From Rotaria socialis (taxonomy: Eukaryota): a stretch of 64,000 bases of DNA. Where the stretch lies: contig CAJNYD010000013.1 of NCBI GenBank assembly GCA_905331295.1, positions 1 through 64,000 on the forward strand. The letters run 5' to 3'. The notes under the pieces are model-generated. The model was not told the origin of the DNA. It did not search any database and was given only the letters and a program-made list of their open reading frames with translations. Positions 29,218 through 41,215 of this stretch are shown here, in pieces. The translations under genes were made by a program, and so were the position numbers. Position 1 is the first letter of the stretch. The number at the start of each line of letters is the position of its first letter.

Positions 29218-30508
29218 ACAATTAGTTTGCTTTATTCAATAAATGACCCGTTTTGTCTTAATAAATATATTTCCTACCTCTTTGTAAACAATTTCTTTAC
29301 TGTGTGATGAAATAATTTCAAGAAAATCTTGTGTTTTCTTTTGCCGATATGTATGAATAAAAAAAACGAAAGTATCAAGCACTACTTCTTAACTTCGGTT
29401 TTTTTTTGTGATAAAATTTTGAGCATTAGTAAAACATATAGCTACATGTCGTGTGCTTTAGAATCTCGTTTAATAACGGTCGATGCTTTTTTTCTTTCGA
29501 GCATAGTATTATCTACGTATATGTCGGATTATGTGAAGGCCTCAAGGATTGTATTAAATATCTTAATGACAGTGATTAAACTTAATCAACCGATATCAAG
29601 TATATTTCCATCGGCATTTATATGTAAATGATAGAAACGTGCATGAAAAAGAACAACAGAGAGTATATTTGGATAATTAACAGAAAATATTATGCAGATG
29701 AATGAATGACCTTTTCTAGAGAAGGAATTCGTGCATCATACAAGGATAAACATTTTTTCTGATAAACCGATATTGTACTATCAGATATTTTTTATTTTCT
29801 CTTGTAGCATGCCCAATTGATATGAAACCGTATCTGTTTTTAAATAGTTTTGATTGATAACAATAACTCCATAACAAGGGAATATCATTTGAAATTAAAA
29901 AGAAAAGTTTGACTCGATTTCTTAGAACGTTGTTTTTTTTAGCTAATAACTATTTCGTTCGTCTCATAAGACTAATTTTCGGGTATTATTAGTGATTATA
30001 TCACGATTCGTTATACTGTTGGTAATGTAAATAATCATTTTATTACAATTAAAAGTAGCTACATGTTTAGATTTATTTGATCTAAGGCAATATTGGTTAC
30101 ATCACACAGTTTTGTTTTGTTTATAATCAACCTTATGTTGATAGCTTTCTTTTGTAATTTCATATTGATTTACGTCAACCATGAGTAAACAACGATTTAT
30201 TTATAAATTCACTAAGTATAAAAGTCTTTACTATCATGTGTGAAACAAAAAATAATAGATAGGCTGTGTCTTTCTTAGTCAAACAGAACAATTATTGCTA
30301 ATAACAATCTAATGACTCGTGAAACACTGCAAAGTGGTGAATATAAAGCAAGATTAATCAACGTCTGACATCTGTGTTATTTCCAACAATCAACATTGCG
30401 TTTCTCCTCCTGGTTGCTGGCAAAAACAACACACCATCCAAAATGAAGAATTACAAATTCTTGCGGTTGACGTATTGAATCTATTTCGATTACTACTGAG
30501 AACAGAAC

Positions 30509-31275
30509 ATGGCACATGTATCATCGTCACATACGCATTACTCAGGAAACAGACCGCGTGTAAGATGTTCACATTCTTCGCCGAAACCTATTTATGATGA
30601 ACCATTCGTATTTCGTGTTCGAAGCGACCGTTCGCTATCGTATTCATTTCCGTGCCGTGCTTGTTTAAGAGAAGCGAAACTAAAACAACGAGAATCTTCT
30701 ACGAATGTTCGATATCAACAGCGATGCTCTCGTTCACCATTAAGACCTGTTCGTATCGAACATTTAAATCGACCGAAAACTGTTTCATCGATACGAACAT
30801 CAAATAATTGTAATTGGGATAATTTTATGAGGAAAAAAAGTAAACACGGTAAGTAACGATGAAATAAAATTCTATTCAAATCTAAACTATTTATTTAAAT
30901 ATTATTAGCTGTTAGAACACCCTATGCTCTATGTAATTTAACAAAAATTCAGCAAGAATCAGAAAGTCGTCCACCCTTTGTTAATTATGGTGGACGTTAT
31001 AATGATAAACAATCTGGGCAAAAACGAACGTACAATTCATTCGTTGTCCATGTATGTTTTCGTCGATTGTATTTATAATTAAATAAAAATTTGGTTTATT
31101 CTTCTAGCAAATGAAACATGATGAAATCGACGACGAACGCGTACGAAGTGCAATTCGAGAACGACGTCTTCGTCGTGAAGCTGAGATGTTCTTTCGCGCA
31201 CAACCATTCTATGATCAATATACACAGTCTGCAGATGAATATCGAAATAGAGGTTCTCGTTCGTCACAAAGTTAA
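30509..31275 (+). CDS. CCSAP: CCSAP-like (centriole, cilia and spindle-associated) protein, 3 or more exons
   Basis: Spliced exons 2-3 give RPPFVNYGGRYNDKQSGQKRTYNSFVVH|QMKHDEIDDERVRSAIRERRLRRE, resembling the CCSAP C-terminal PF.YG...G..KT.N...EI..SA.R..RR motif. The stop could be 31402 if there is another intron. Confidence 0.55.
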
Positions 31276-31427
31276 AACAATTCAGAAGCAGTTTTGTTTC
31301 AAAATTGAATTTTCAATTCTATTTTTTTTAAATTTTATTAATTTCCTTTTTTTTTTTACAGAAATACACATACACGGATTGGCCGTGATGATACAAGAAT
31401 AAAAATAAAACAAAAACGGAACCAACT

Positions 31428-33526
31428 TTAACTATCACCAAAACTTTTAGCTAATATCTGTAAATTTTCTATTTCGTCATTTTGCGCTGTTGTAAATCGT
31501 TCAGCCAGTTTCCAAATCATCACTGCACCTGCACTATCACCACATGCTAATATATTAGGACTAGAAAGAATAAATTACGAAACATACCGAGAGAAATTAT
31601 AATTTTTAAAACATTTTTTCTTACGTTTTATGATTGAATTCCAAAGCATTTATTGATGATCGTTTATCGGATGATGGTAATTCTTGAACAGGTATTGAGA
31701 GTAGAAGACTATCTGGCGTGCCTTCGTGTGGTTCAAGGTCATAGATCAATGTACCTCCATGTTCACTCCCTGCTGCTAAAACAAGAGGACGCGATGGTGA
31801 CCAACGACAAGTAAAAATGGCGCCTTGTGCTGGTGCAAAACAACGTCCGAAATTAGCCTAAATAAATAATTCAATGAAATTCTTTTTCTTTCTGTGAAAT
31901 TTCTCTTACAAAAAGTTGAGAATAGAGTCGAAGTTGTCCGTCATGTGCACTCGTTAGAAATAGATGTCGATTAAAAGGTGAAAAACTAACAGCATAAATT
32001 GGACTATCATGTGATTGATATGCCATTGTAACTGGATTTTTCGGTTGAATAGACATTTCAGCCAGACCTTCTTCGCCTATCATATAAAATTTATAGTTCA
32101 AGAGAATAGTTCAATGACAATCGATGAACTTACGTGATTGAACAGATGATACAGAATTAAGTGAACCTTTGTATAAAAATCCGGAATCACAACCAAAAAT
32201 AAATGTTTCTGAATCTTCATTATTAAACGTTACACTTGTAACTAATTCAAAAATAATTAATCAATAAAAAATGATCATTAAAATAAATTTTCTCTACCTC
32301 CCATTGGTTTTCCTACTGATCTACTATTGCCGCCTTTGATTGCAACAAAATAAGCATCCGTCAATTTTAAATTATTTTTACTAGGTAATGGATTCCAGAG
32401 AAGAATTTTTCCGTCTTGACTTGTTGATACAAGCTATTCAATTAATTTTCAAAAAAAAACATCCAACAGCAAAAAATAAAAACTTACAATAAACTTTTTC
32501 TTTGATAATTTCGGTTCACGAATCCATTGTAACGATGTTACCGAATCTCGATGTAAATCTTGTCTTTCCAAAACACGAGCTATCAATGAATCTTGTTCAC
32601 GAAAATCCCAAACAAGTATTTCACCTGAAATCAATCCATAGATATTTGAAAAAGAAACAGAAATCCCGATGGACATACCATTATAAAGACCAGCTGCTAC
32701 AATGCCTGGCCTTTCTGGATGGCAAGCAAGTGTGGTAACACATGTACTTGTTTCAATAGTTATATCGGGCTTATTTGGATTGATTTTATATCGTTCAATA
32801 TTCCATGAACATACAGCACCTTTATGCATACATAAACCTTCATGTGACGTACTTCCGTAGCCCACAACGATTGATGAACCATTCGCTGACCATGATAAAC
32901 TTGTAACTTGAATTTCTTTATCAATTAAAATATCTGGATAACTTAATGTAAACAATTCTTGTGCTGTCTCGTCGCCAGTATATCTCATTTTAATATGTCC
33001 TATAGTAAATAAATTTAAGAATGATATAGGCGTTTTGAGAAAACAAGCTAATTTTACATACGCAGAACATTAGGACGCTCTAAATTATCATCGAGATAAT
33101 ATGAAACGATGGGTTCGACACGTCCAAGAAATTTATTAAAACGACTCATATCAATTTCCACATGATCGTCAGCAGGTTTTTCTCCAACATCTGTTTGAAC
33201 CTAATCGACATAGAAGGATTTATTGTATCAAAGAATAATGCAATAAATCTTACTTCACATTCTTTATGTTTTATACTTTGACAAGTAGCATCAGCAAGTT
33301 GTACTTCAAATTTAGTTTGTACACTTGCATTGACTGAATGGCTGCAATGAAATAAAATACATAATGATTTTCATACAAAAAAAAAACAAATAAATGTTGA
33401 ATATACAAACACAGGATCTTTTTCAACGATTTCTTTACAAGAAATAACAGGTAATGTTTCATCAGTAAATGTAACGGGTTTTCGATTCAGTTCAGAATCT
33501 ATTTCATCTCGATTTGATTTACTCAT
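31428..33526 (-). CDS. WDR34: Cytoplasmic dynein-2 intermediate chain WDR34 (DYNC2I2), multi-exon WD40 protein
   Basis: QVTSLSWSANGSSIVVGYGSTSHEGLCMHKGAVCSWNIERYKINPNKPD; CHPERPGIVAAGLYNGEILVWD; HDSPIYAVSFSPFNRHLFLTS; RWSPSRPLVLAAG; LACGDSAGAVMIWKLAERFT. An extra tiny first exon (ATG 33587) is possible. Confidence 0.92.
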
Positions 33527-33597
33527 GCTTTTTTTAGCAGAAGAATATGAGAGGAATGAACACAAATAAAATTTCACTTACTACCATGATTGGCGTT

Positions 33598-33611
33598 GTT
33601 ACTTTGACAAC
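33598..33611 (-). promoter_or_regulatory. Putative RFX X-box upstream of WDR34
   Basis: GTTGTC-AA-AGTAAC on the minus strand fits the 14-bp X-box pattern, about 70 nt upstream of ATG 33526. Confidence 0.5.
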
Positions 33612-34355
33612 GTATGGCATATGATTAGTGACATCTACTCTCGTTCGACATGCTAGATATGTTGCTCCATATTTCAAAAGCGTCGTGTCTTTATAATATT
33701 CAATATCACATTTATCAGTTCGTTTAGTGAAAAAAGTAAATGATAAATTACTACAGTGTTAAACAAATTCGAAACAAATCTTCTTCTTCGATGAAGTAAA
33801 AACGCTTCTCTCGTAAAATTATACGTTTCACAATTTGTCACATATAATAAAATGAATGAAATGAAGCGATATGAACAGAAGACTGCTTTCGTTCTGACGA
33901 AATACTTTCCGTAAGCTCGATTGTCGGATCTAAAAAGCAGCGGAAAACATTGTTTTTCTCTATTTATTTGACTGATCAATGAAAATTAATTGGACCCCTA
34001 TACGGTAGTGTATTGTATTATTTAAAATTACTGTCATCTGTTGGTTATCTTTTTTCCGATTCATCTTTGTCCTCCGTATTGTTGACTTCATCTATATTCA
34101 AAGATATAGTTATGAGTCAAAACAAAAAAGAACACGATGTGATACCCATCTTTAAAGAATTCGTTTTATTACGTTATAAAAAAAACTGTCGGGTTAGTAA
34201 ATAATTTGCTTTTAATTTTCTACATTTAATATATTATCTTTCATTGATAATGAAGTTGAGCGATTGAGTTTCAATATTTTTTTAGTTTTGGTTGAAACAA
34301 ATCTATTTACATGCATATGATGAGAACAAACAGCTTGCCGTTTATCTTCTAGGGT

Positions 34356-35566
34356 TCAGATTTTGCCTGACGTCGATGTAAATAGACCAGGAAAAGGAAC
34401 AAACGTATGAACAAGATTGTTTAAAGCTTTTGGATACCAATGAATTCCATTTTCATTCGCTTCGCTTGTATTAATTAAACCAAATATTTGTTTAGCTTGG
34501 TGAGCCCAACGTAAAGGTGCCATGGCCAGATGTCCTATAGAATGATGATAAATAGATGCATAGCATGATGAACTAACGTTATTGACAAGTAATGTGCCAT
34601 GTTGAGTAATGGGTGTTGCATAGCCATGTTTTATTTGTACATCGATCGATAGAATACGAGACGATGTTAATTGACCATTTTTTCCAGCAATAAATAGTTG
34701 ATGTTCATTAGAATCAATATGACGAGCTTGAATATATTTCTGATTACCAATGTAAACAAGATGTTCGGGTGTTAGAGAAAGTTGATGTCCTGAGTCAGTT
34801 GTGAAGGTATAAAAAAGGGCTAGAAGAAAAATTTTATTAACCAGAGAAACTTTTTGAAATCTTCATTAGATCTACCTGGTAAATTCTTTTCATAATGTAA
34901 AATAGCAACGACTTCTGTTGATATAATTTGATCATTATGATCAATAGCCAATACTTTTTCACCAATTTTAAGATTTTCAATAGATATTTCATCTCCATTT
35001 GATTTCTTTGCCGTATCATTTAAAGAAAAGCATTGAGGTCTTGCTGAAAAAGAGAATTCTAGTTTTTTTGTTAATCAATCAGAAGAAAATGAGAACTTAC
35101 AAAAAAATGGACATTCTTCACTCATCTTTTCATCTTTATTGACACAGCATTTTTGTGATAATTCAATTAGTTCTGAAAGAGATCCCCGCACGAACTAATG
35201 ATGAAGAATATTATCTTGTAACTGAAGTGCGCAGAAGACCTTTTTTGTTCTCTTGCTTACCTCTTCACCAACACAGCCGCGTGTTTTTGTTTTAACACAT
35301 TCCATAAAGCGTTCAGCCATTGTACAAAATACTCTAATGTTACCTTTCGTTGCTTGAACTAAACCAACAGCATCAATAGCAACACAACTGAGAATAGTTG
35401 CTGGATCAGCTGAAAAAATCGAATAAATCTTAGGATTGTTTCTTTTCTAATGCAAAAAAAAAGTTCTTCTACCTTCAACAGGACAATTAGCAGTCGATGA
35501 TTTTATTAAATCGAAACGTGACAAGAAGAACAAAGTTAAATAAAGAACACGACGACTGCTCATCAT
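34356..35566 (-). CDS. Hedgehog-related (Hog) protein: signal peptide, 8-Cys domain, Hint and sterol-recognition region; 322 aa, 5 exons
   Basis: Exons 35566-35473, 35409-35261, 35194-35101, 35043-34876 and 34819-34356 join in frame (969 nt). Hint motifs: Q|CFS, IENLKIGEKVLAID, LSLTPEHLVY, GYATPITQHGTLLVNNVSSSCYA. SRR motifs: HHSIGHLAMAPLRW, GIHWYPKAL. Confidence 0.92.
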
Positions 35567-35947
35567 TGTAGTTTGTAGAATAAAACGAAGATGAATGATT
35601 GAATAAATTGTTCTTCTTCGTTCCTTTTATAGTTGATGATATGAATCATAAAAAATTCAAATCCGTGTTGATCCAACTATTGTTCTATTTTATTTATGTC
35701 TTAACACATAAGATTCAATTGACTATCTTCAAAAAATACCTCGCCCACTCTTTTGTGTCTCGTCGAAGCTTTATCTTTACGTATTCGATGATTATGATCA
35801 TTATAACGATTCACATAATCAAGTTGGCTCCTTTCTACACGTTCGATTACGAATGCGTAGATTAATTCACATGTATAATCTTATCTGTTTACATAATCGT
35901 CTTTATTTTTTGTTGAAGATTTATTCTTTTGTATTGTCGAACAAATA

Positions 35948-38671
35948 ATGTTGGTATTAGCATCACTTGGCAGTTGGTTGCCATTTGCTATTGTTGGTTT
36001 CGTATGTATTATAAACATTGTCTTTTTGTCTACTTAATACTCGATCTTTTCTTGTTTTTATTCGGATTATTAGTTGATCATATTTTTTTCAATAACATTT
36101 ACATTACGTTATCAACAGAAACGAAATCGAGATTATTTGGTTACAGTCGTTTGTTCGATTTCATTAATTACTGCTTTATTCACAGCATCGTTATTACCGA
36201 CAGATGTAATTCTGGTGTCATTTATGAAAAATCCTAATGGAACATTTAAAGTAGGAAAAAAAGATTAGAAGTATTGGCCATTGATTTTTTTCTCTCTCTA
36301 GGAATGGACTCAAAATCAAACATCTCGTGATGAAATTCAAAAATATGTCGAAATTGGATATTATAGTAAGTCGATATTATTAATTTTTAAAGGAATTCAT
36401 CTAACCGGCAGATCAAGATAAGAGTTTACTACGATAGTCTCTAGTGCATTTTTTAGTCCAAGGAACGAGCAATGTATTTTTATTTTCTTTTAGCTTTATA
36501 TGCTCTTGTTATTGCTATGGCTTTCTTGATCAATCCATTTCTTTTCTTCTATTATGAAGAAAGAGAAGAACAAGGAGAAAAATTATCAAAAGTATGAAAA
36601 ATTAAGTAATTTTTATTTTTAAATAATAAATTTTTGATTCTCTAGAGAATTTGCTCAGCGCTGAAATGGACAGCAGGATTTTTAATTTTTCTTATTTTGC
36701 TAATTATACTTGGGTAAGTCTTTCGTCTTATTATTGCCGTTTCGTTAAATAATTAGTTATCAATTATTAGAATATTTGTTCCACAATTGGCAACATTACC
36801 ATCGGATAATTCAACAAGTGAATGGGATAATGTTAAATATTTAATTTATCATTTTGATAGTTCAAGTAAATATATATATATATATACATATATTCTTTGA
36901 ATTTAATTAAAAACAAACAAAGCATATTTTAGGAGTAGAAGATTCAATATCTTTTTCAATATTTACATTAAGTATTATTGGTTTTTTGCTTTTAACAATT
37001 TATACGGTAAATAAATCTGATTGAAAATTAAATAGATACGAAATGTGTATGTGTGATCTTGTTCAGGGCTATGGCTCCATTGCTTGTCCATTATCTATGA
37101 TTCGTGGCAAACGAAGTGCACGATTACAACAACAAACAATTGAAGAACAACGTGCAGATATTGAAGATCAAATAAAAACAATAAAGACTAACGTAATTCG
37201 TTTTTTTTTCTTTGTATTTTTACTTAATAAAGAGCTTTTCATTGCTATTTTCTTAGTATCCGCGCTATGCAAAAATGCCACCACAGGAAAAACGTCGATT
37301 AGGTATGTAATCTTAAAACACGATTTATATGATTTGAATCGTTTTCTTTTTCTAGAGAGTCTTGAACAAAAACAAGAAGCACTAAGTCGTAATGCACAAT
37401 CGATTAAAGTTGTACGTCGCAGTTTATTTTTTAAATGTCGCTTCCTCTATCGACCATTACAAATTGTTCTTGGCGTTTTGTTACTTTTATTTGCTTTACT
37501 TATATTTATATCGTTATTATTAAGTAATATTAATAAATGTATACATTTTATAAACTTTAAACAAATATACGCACAAGGTAATAAAACATTACCGAATCCC
37601 ATTGATATTATTATAACATGGACTGGAAAAGTAAGATGAATAATTTCAATTAGAGAAATAAAAAAATGAATACTTTCATTTTTCTAGTTTTATCCAGTAA
37701 GTTATATTGTTCTATCATTATTATTGGCTTATATTATTGTCACATCACTTTATGGTTTGCAACAACTTGGCATTTGGTTTCTGTGGATTCGAGTAAATCG
37801 ATGATGTTCATTTTTAGCATTTTGTTGATTTTATTCTATTTAAAGATGTATCGATTTTCTCGTGGACGAACGAAACCACAAGCTATCCTAATGCTTTCGT
37901 CATTAATGATGTTTATTGTCGTAGCCATTAATGCTTTTGTCTATCTTCTTATACCTCAATATTCAATCTATGGTGATCAGTATTATTCTGCAGTAGTGAA
38001 TGTATGTGACGACTTTGCTTTTCTTAAGAAATCATCTCTTTTGACTCGTGATACATTCTGCGATTGATAATTTTGTTACTAACTAAATCTTATTGGATGC
38101 AGAAAAATTTTGAAAAAGTTCGAGCTTATGCAATTTTTCTCTGTAGCTGTGACTATGCAGAGACCATCTTATAAGAGACACTAGTAACTCTGCCATTCTT
38201 ATAAATGTTGATTTTAATTACGATATAAACTAAACCAGTCGTATTTTCGACGGTTTGTTCTCTATTGAAATGCTTTTCATCTGTTTAGAACGGCACACAG
38301 ACTGTTGAAATGTGTACACAATTCGTTTCGACAGGTATGACTTACATTGACTCAAATTATAGGTTTAGTTGTTTTTTCTTATAATGTTGTAGATGACTGC
38401 CAAATGACAGTAATGGGTCGTATAATACTTCGATTTTTCTATAAAGTTTGGTTTTTTGGAGCTGCCTACTTTTTACTTAGTTGGTTATTTCTTATTGTAC
38501 GTATATATTATTGAATGAAAACCACTCATTTTGCTGTTGGTTTTTTAGGTTTTTCTCATCAGTTGTATAGTGAAAATAGTTCGTGGTCGTGAATCGAATA
38601 TTCAAGAATTTACGACTGACCGTTTGTTCGACGACGATGACGATGGTGAAGATAATCCATTGATTCAATAA
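35948..38671 (+). CDS. LMBRD1: Lysosomal cobalamin transport escort protein LMBD1, multi-exon
   Basis: LLPTDVILVSFMKNPNGTFK|EWTQNQ; INPFLFFYYEE; CSALKWTAGF; LPNPIDII; RMYRFSRGRTKPQAIL; PQYSIYGDQYY; DCQMTVMGRIILRFFYKVWFFGAAYF. Confidence 0.92.
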
Positions 38672-38831
38672 TGAAATTCAAAATTTGAAGCGTACATCTA
38701 TTTTATTTATTAATCTTTTTTCTACACCAGTAATTCATTTTGTGAAATGTCTATTTTTTTGCATTTTTATTAATATACAAGATAAATTATAAAACTTATT
38801 TTTGTTTTGTAAATTTTTTCTTGTTTCAATC

Positions 38832-40677
38832 ATGATTCATTATAATCTTCTATTGATTTAACGATAATACAAACGTCTCTGTATGAGTTCATCCGTCCAT
38901 TCAACAACAAATCAATACATTCCATTATATCATTCATGTTCATCAGCGAGATAATTAAAATTCTATGTCAAATAGACGTGTAACGTATTTTATACAGGCG
39001 TTTTTTAAAAAGATCAGAGAGAACCCTGATGTGGTGTTAATCATAGGAAAGACGATTTATTTCATCTACTCTTGAACACAATTGCTCGCTATCCATTTGC
39101 TTCATCGTATCACTATGGTTAATCAATGTTGCTAAATGTGTAATTGTAAATTATTTAATGTGATGAAATTGAAGTTTTTTTCCTGTTAAACTTAGAGATA
39201 AATTCAGCAACATGACGAATATCACGTAAGATATTATCATATTCATTTACATTTTTATCAAGAGTTTGAAAAAGTAGTATCAGCAATGCAAGATCGTCAG
39301 GCTTCAATCGAGAAAAATTATCAATTTCATCCATAGTATTGCAACGAGACTTCGGAATCTTCTTTTCATTTATTGACGGACGTTTTAATCCAAGAAGCTT
39401 TGTAGTATGATGTTTAATCGATTTCGAACTTATATCACGTGTCCTTCGATCGATTGCTTTACCAAGAGTTGCAGCAATAACAGCTAATAAGAAAGACAAC
39501 CGATTTTAACCGAAATAGGCACATTATTAATTGAAATATAGGACAGGAATAAATTCCTTCTATAAGAAAATCAGTTGCATTGAAATCTGGCGCCTTTTTT
39601 TTCTAGTGAAAAATCTTTTCGAAGGGTAGAGCCCGAAAATTTGCGACCCGGTAGGCTCTATCGAAGAATGAATATTTAATTTTACTGTACCTGCTAAAAG
39701 TTGTCCTACACTATATGTAACTAACGCGGCAAATATATAAAATGCTAATCCGATAGCAGTTGTAAATTGGGGTGAATCTAATTGTAAAATTTGTTCAGCT
39801 ACTTCATTGACACCTTCCAATGTAATGCACATATAATATGAGTAGAGTGCTTCAGTATAATTTTCATAGGGATTGTATTTACTCGAATCCCGCACAGGCG
39901 TATCACTTTCAAATTCAATTGAAAGTAATGCAAATACTGTCACAATAACTAGTTCTAGCAAAAGGATATTGTAGATACTGGATAGAGCAATAAGAATGGT
40001 TTCAACAACAAATCGTAATAGATTGTGAATACGTATTATACGAATAGCATGTAACGCACGAAATAGACGTTGACTGCTATTAAGCTGTGGTACACCGAGA
40101 TAATCCGAGAGAAAACAGTTGTAGATCAACTAATAAATTTAAGAGCGAAAGAAAAAGATTTTTCACAGGAGAGAAATAAAACTCACTGGAGAATTAAGAA
40201 TTACACAAATGAGATCATACAAATTCCAAACGTCGTAAAAAAGCCAACGGTAATCAATATATAATTTACTAGATACTTCAATAAATAGTGCCGCTAGAAT
40301 GTTAGATATGTATAATTGATTTCTAGAGTTGAGAAATTTCGCAAACCTTGAGTAATTTCATGTGTTACCTCTAAAAATATTCTCATTTTCGGTATGGCGT
40401 GTGCAAGTAATAAAGAAATAAACGACCAAATAGATAATATGAGCATAATATATTCCCATAAACGTGTAGTTATTAATTGTTGAAGACGAATTTTTAATGT
40501 CGGCATGATAAATGAATAATGTTTAGCTTGACTCATTGGATCTTTTTCTTCGGGTAGAACTCGAAAAGCAAATTGTCGTCGTTCAAATGGATTTGGAATA
40601 TCATGAAAATGTTCATGAGACAACTCTGCTAAATCCATCGTATGAGTTGATGATGATGATGATTGCTTTTTCGCCAT
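38832..40677 (-). CDS. CATSPER4: Single-domain 6-TM voltage-gated cation channel subunit, CatSper4-like, divergent
   Basis: Exons 40677-40347, 40293-40187, 40129-39691 and 39483 onward. S2-S3 LFIEVSSKLY..FYDVWNLYDL; S4 RLFRALHAIRIIR; pore MCITLEGVNEV; C-terminal coil LILLFQTLDKNVNEYDNILRDIRHV. The 3' end is uncertain (between 39155 and about 38832). Confidence 0.7.
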
Positions 40678-41215
40678 TTTTACTTTATATAGATCAGAGC
40701 TCAATTGGATTAACAATATCTTTCTTGATTTTATGTGCTTCTATGACAGTGAACGTATTGTTACATGTTTGACGCTACGCGCCGTTTTCATTTATTATTC
40801 TTAGTCTCTTCGATACCGCAAAAAAAACATTTTTCTTTCGGAAATGAATCATGCTAATGACGGCATAAAACATATGAAACTACTTTGCATGATTGATACA
40901 ATTATTCCTCACATAATAGAAAAGATTTTTAAAACATTCAGAATTTCCTTCAAGAGTTATTTCTTAGCCTGTTTCACTACGAATTTTTTTTTATTTTAGT
41001 CACTAAAGTATGCTCTATACTTTCAAAATATTGCTATAAATAAATGATTCGATCAAGTTTTACATCATTTTTCTTTTCATTAATCCGGTTTAAAATATTT
41101 AATTCATATGAACAAACAACATAGGATGTTTACTGATCAATTTTTATTCTTGACCGTATTGGAAACTAATAGCTCTTGTTTTTCTTTATTTAAAATATTT
41201 ACAAATAAACAAGTA

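Noticed and set aside
34356..35043. Possible intein or true hedgehog gene
   Set aside because: There is no C-terminal His-Asn splice junction or extein context and an SRR follows, so it is not an intein. The N-terminus lacks Hedge motifs, so it is not hedgehog.
39628..39660. TAGAGCC..GGCTCTA hairpin in the channel intron
   Set aside because: Only a 7-bp stem, with no other supporting structure.
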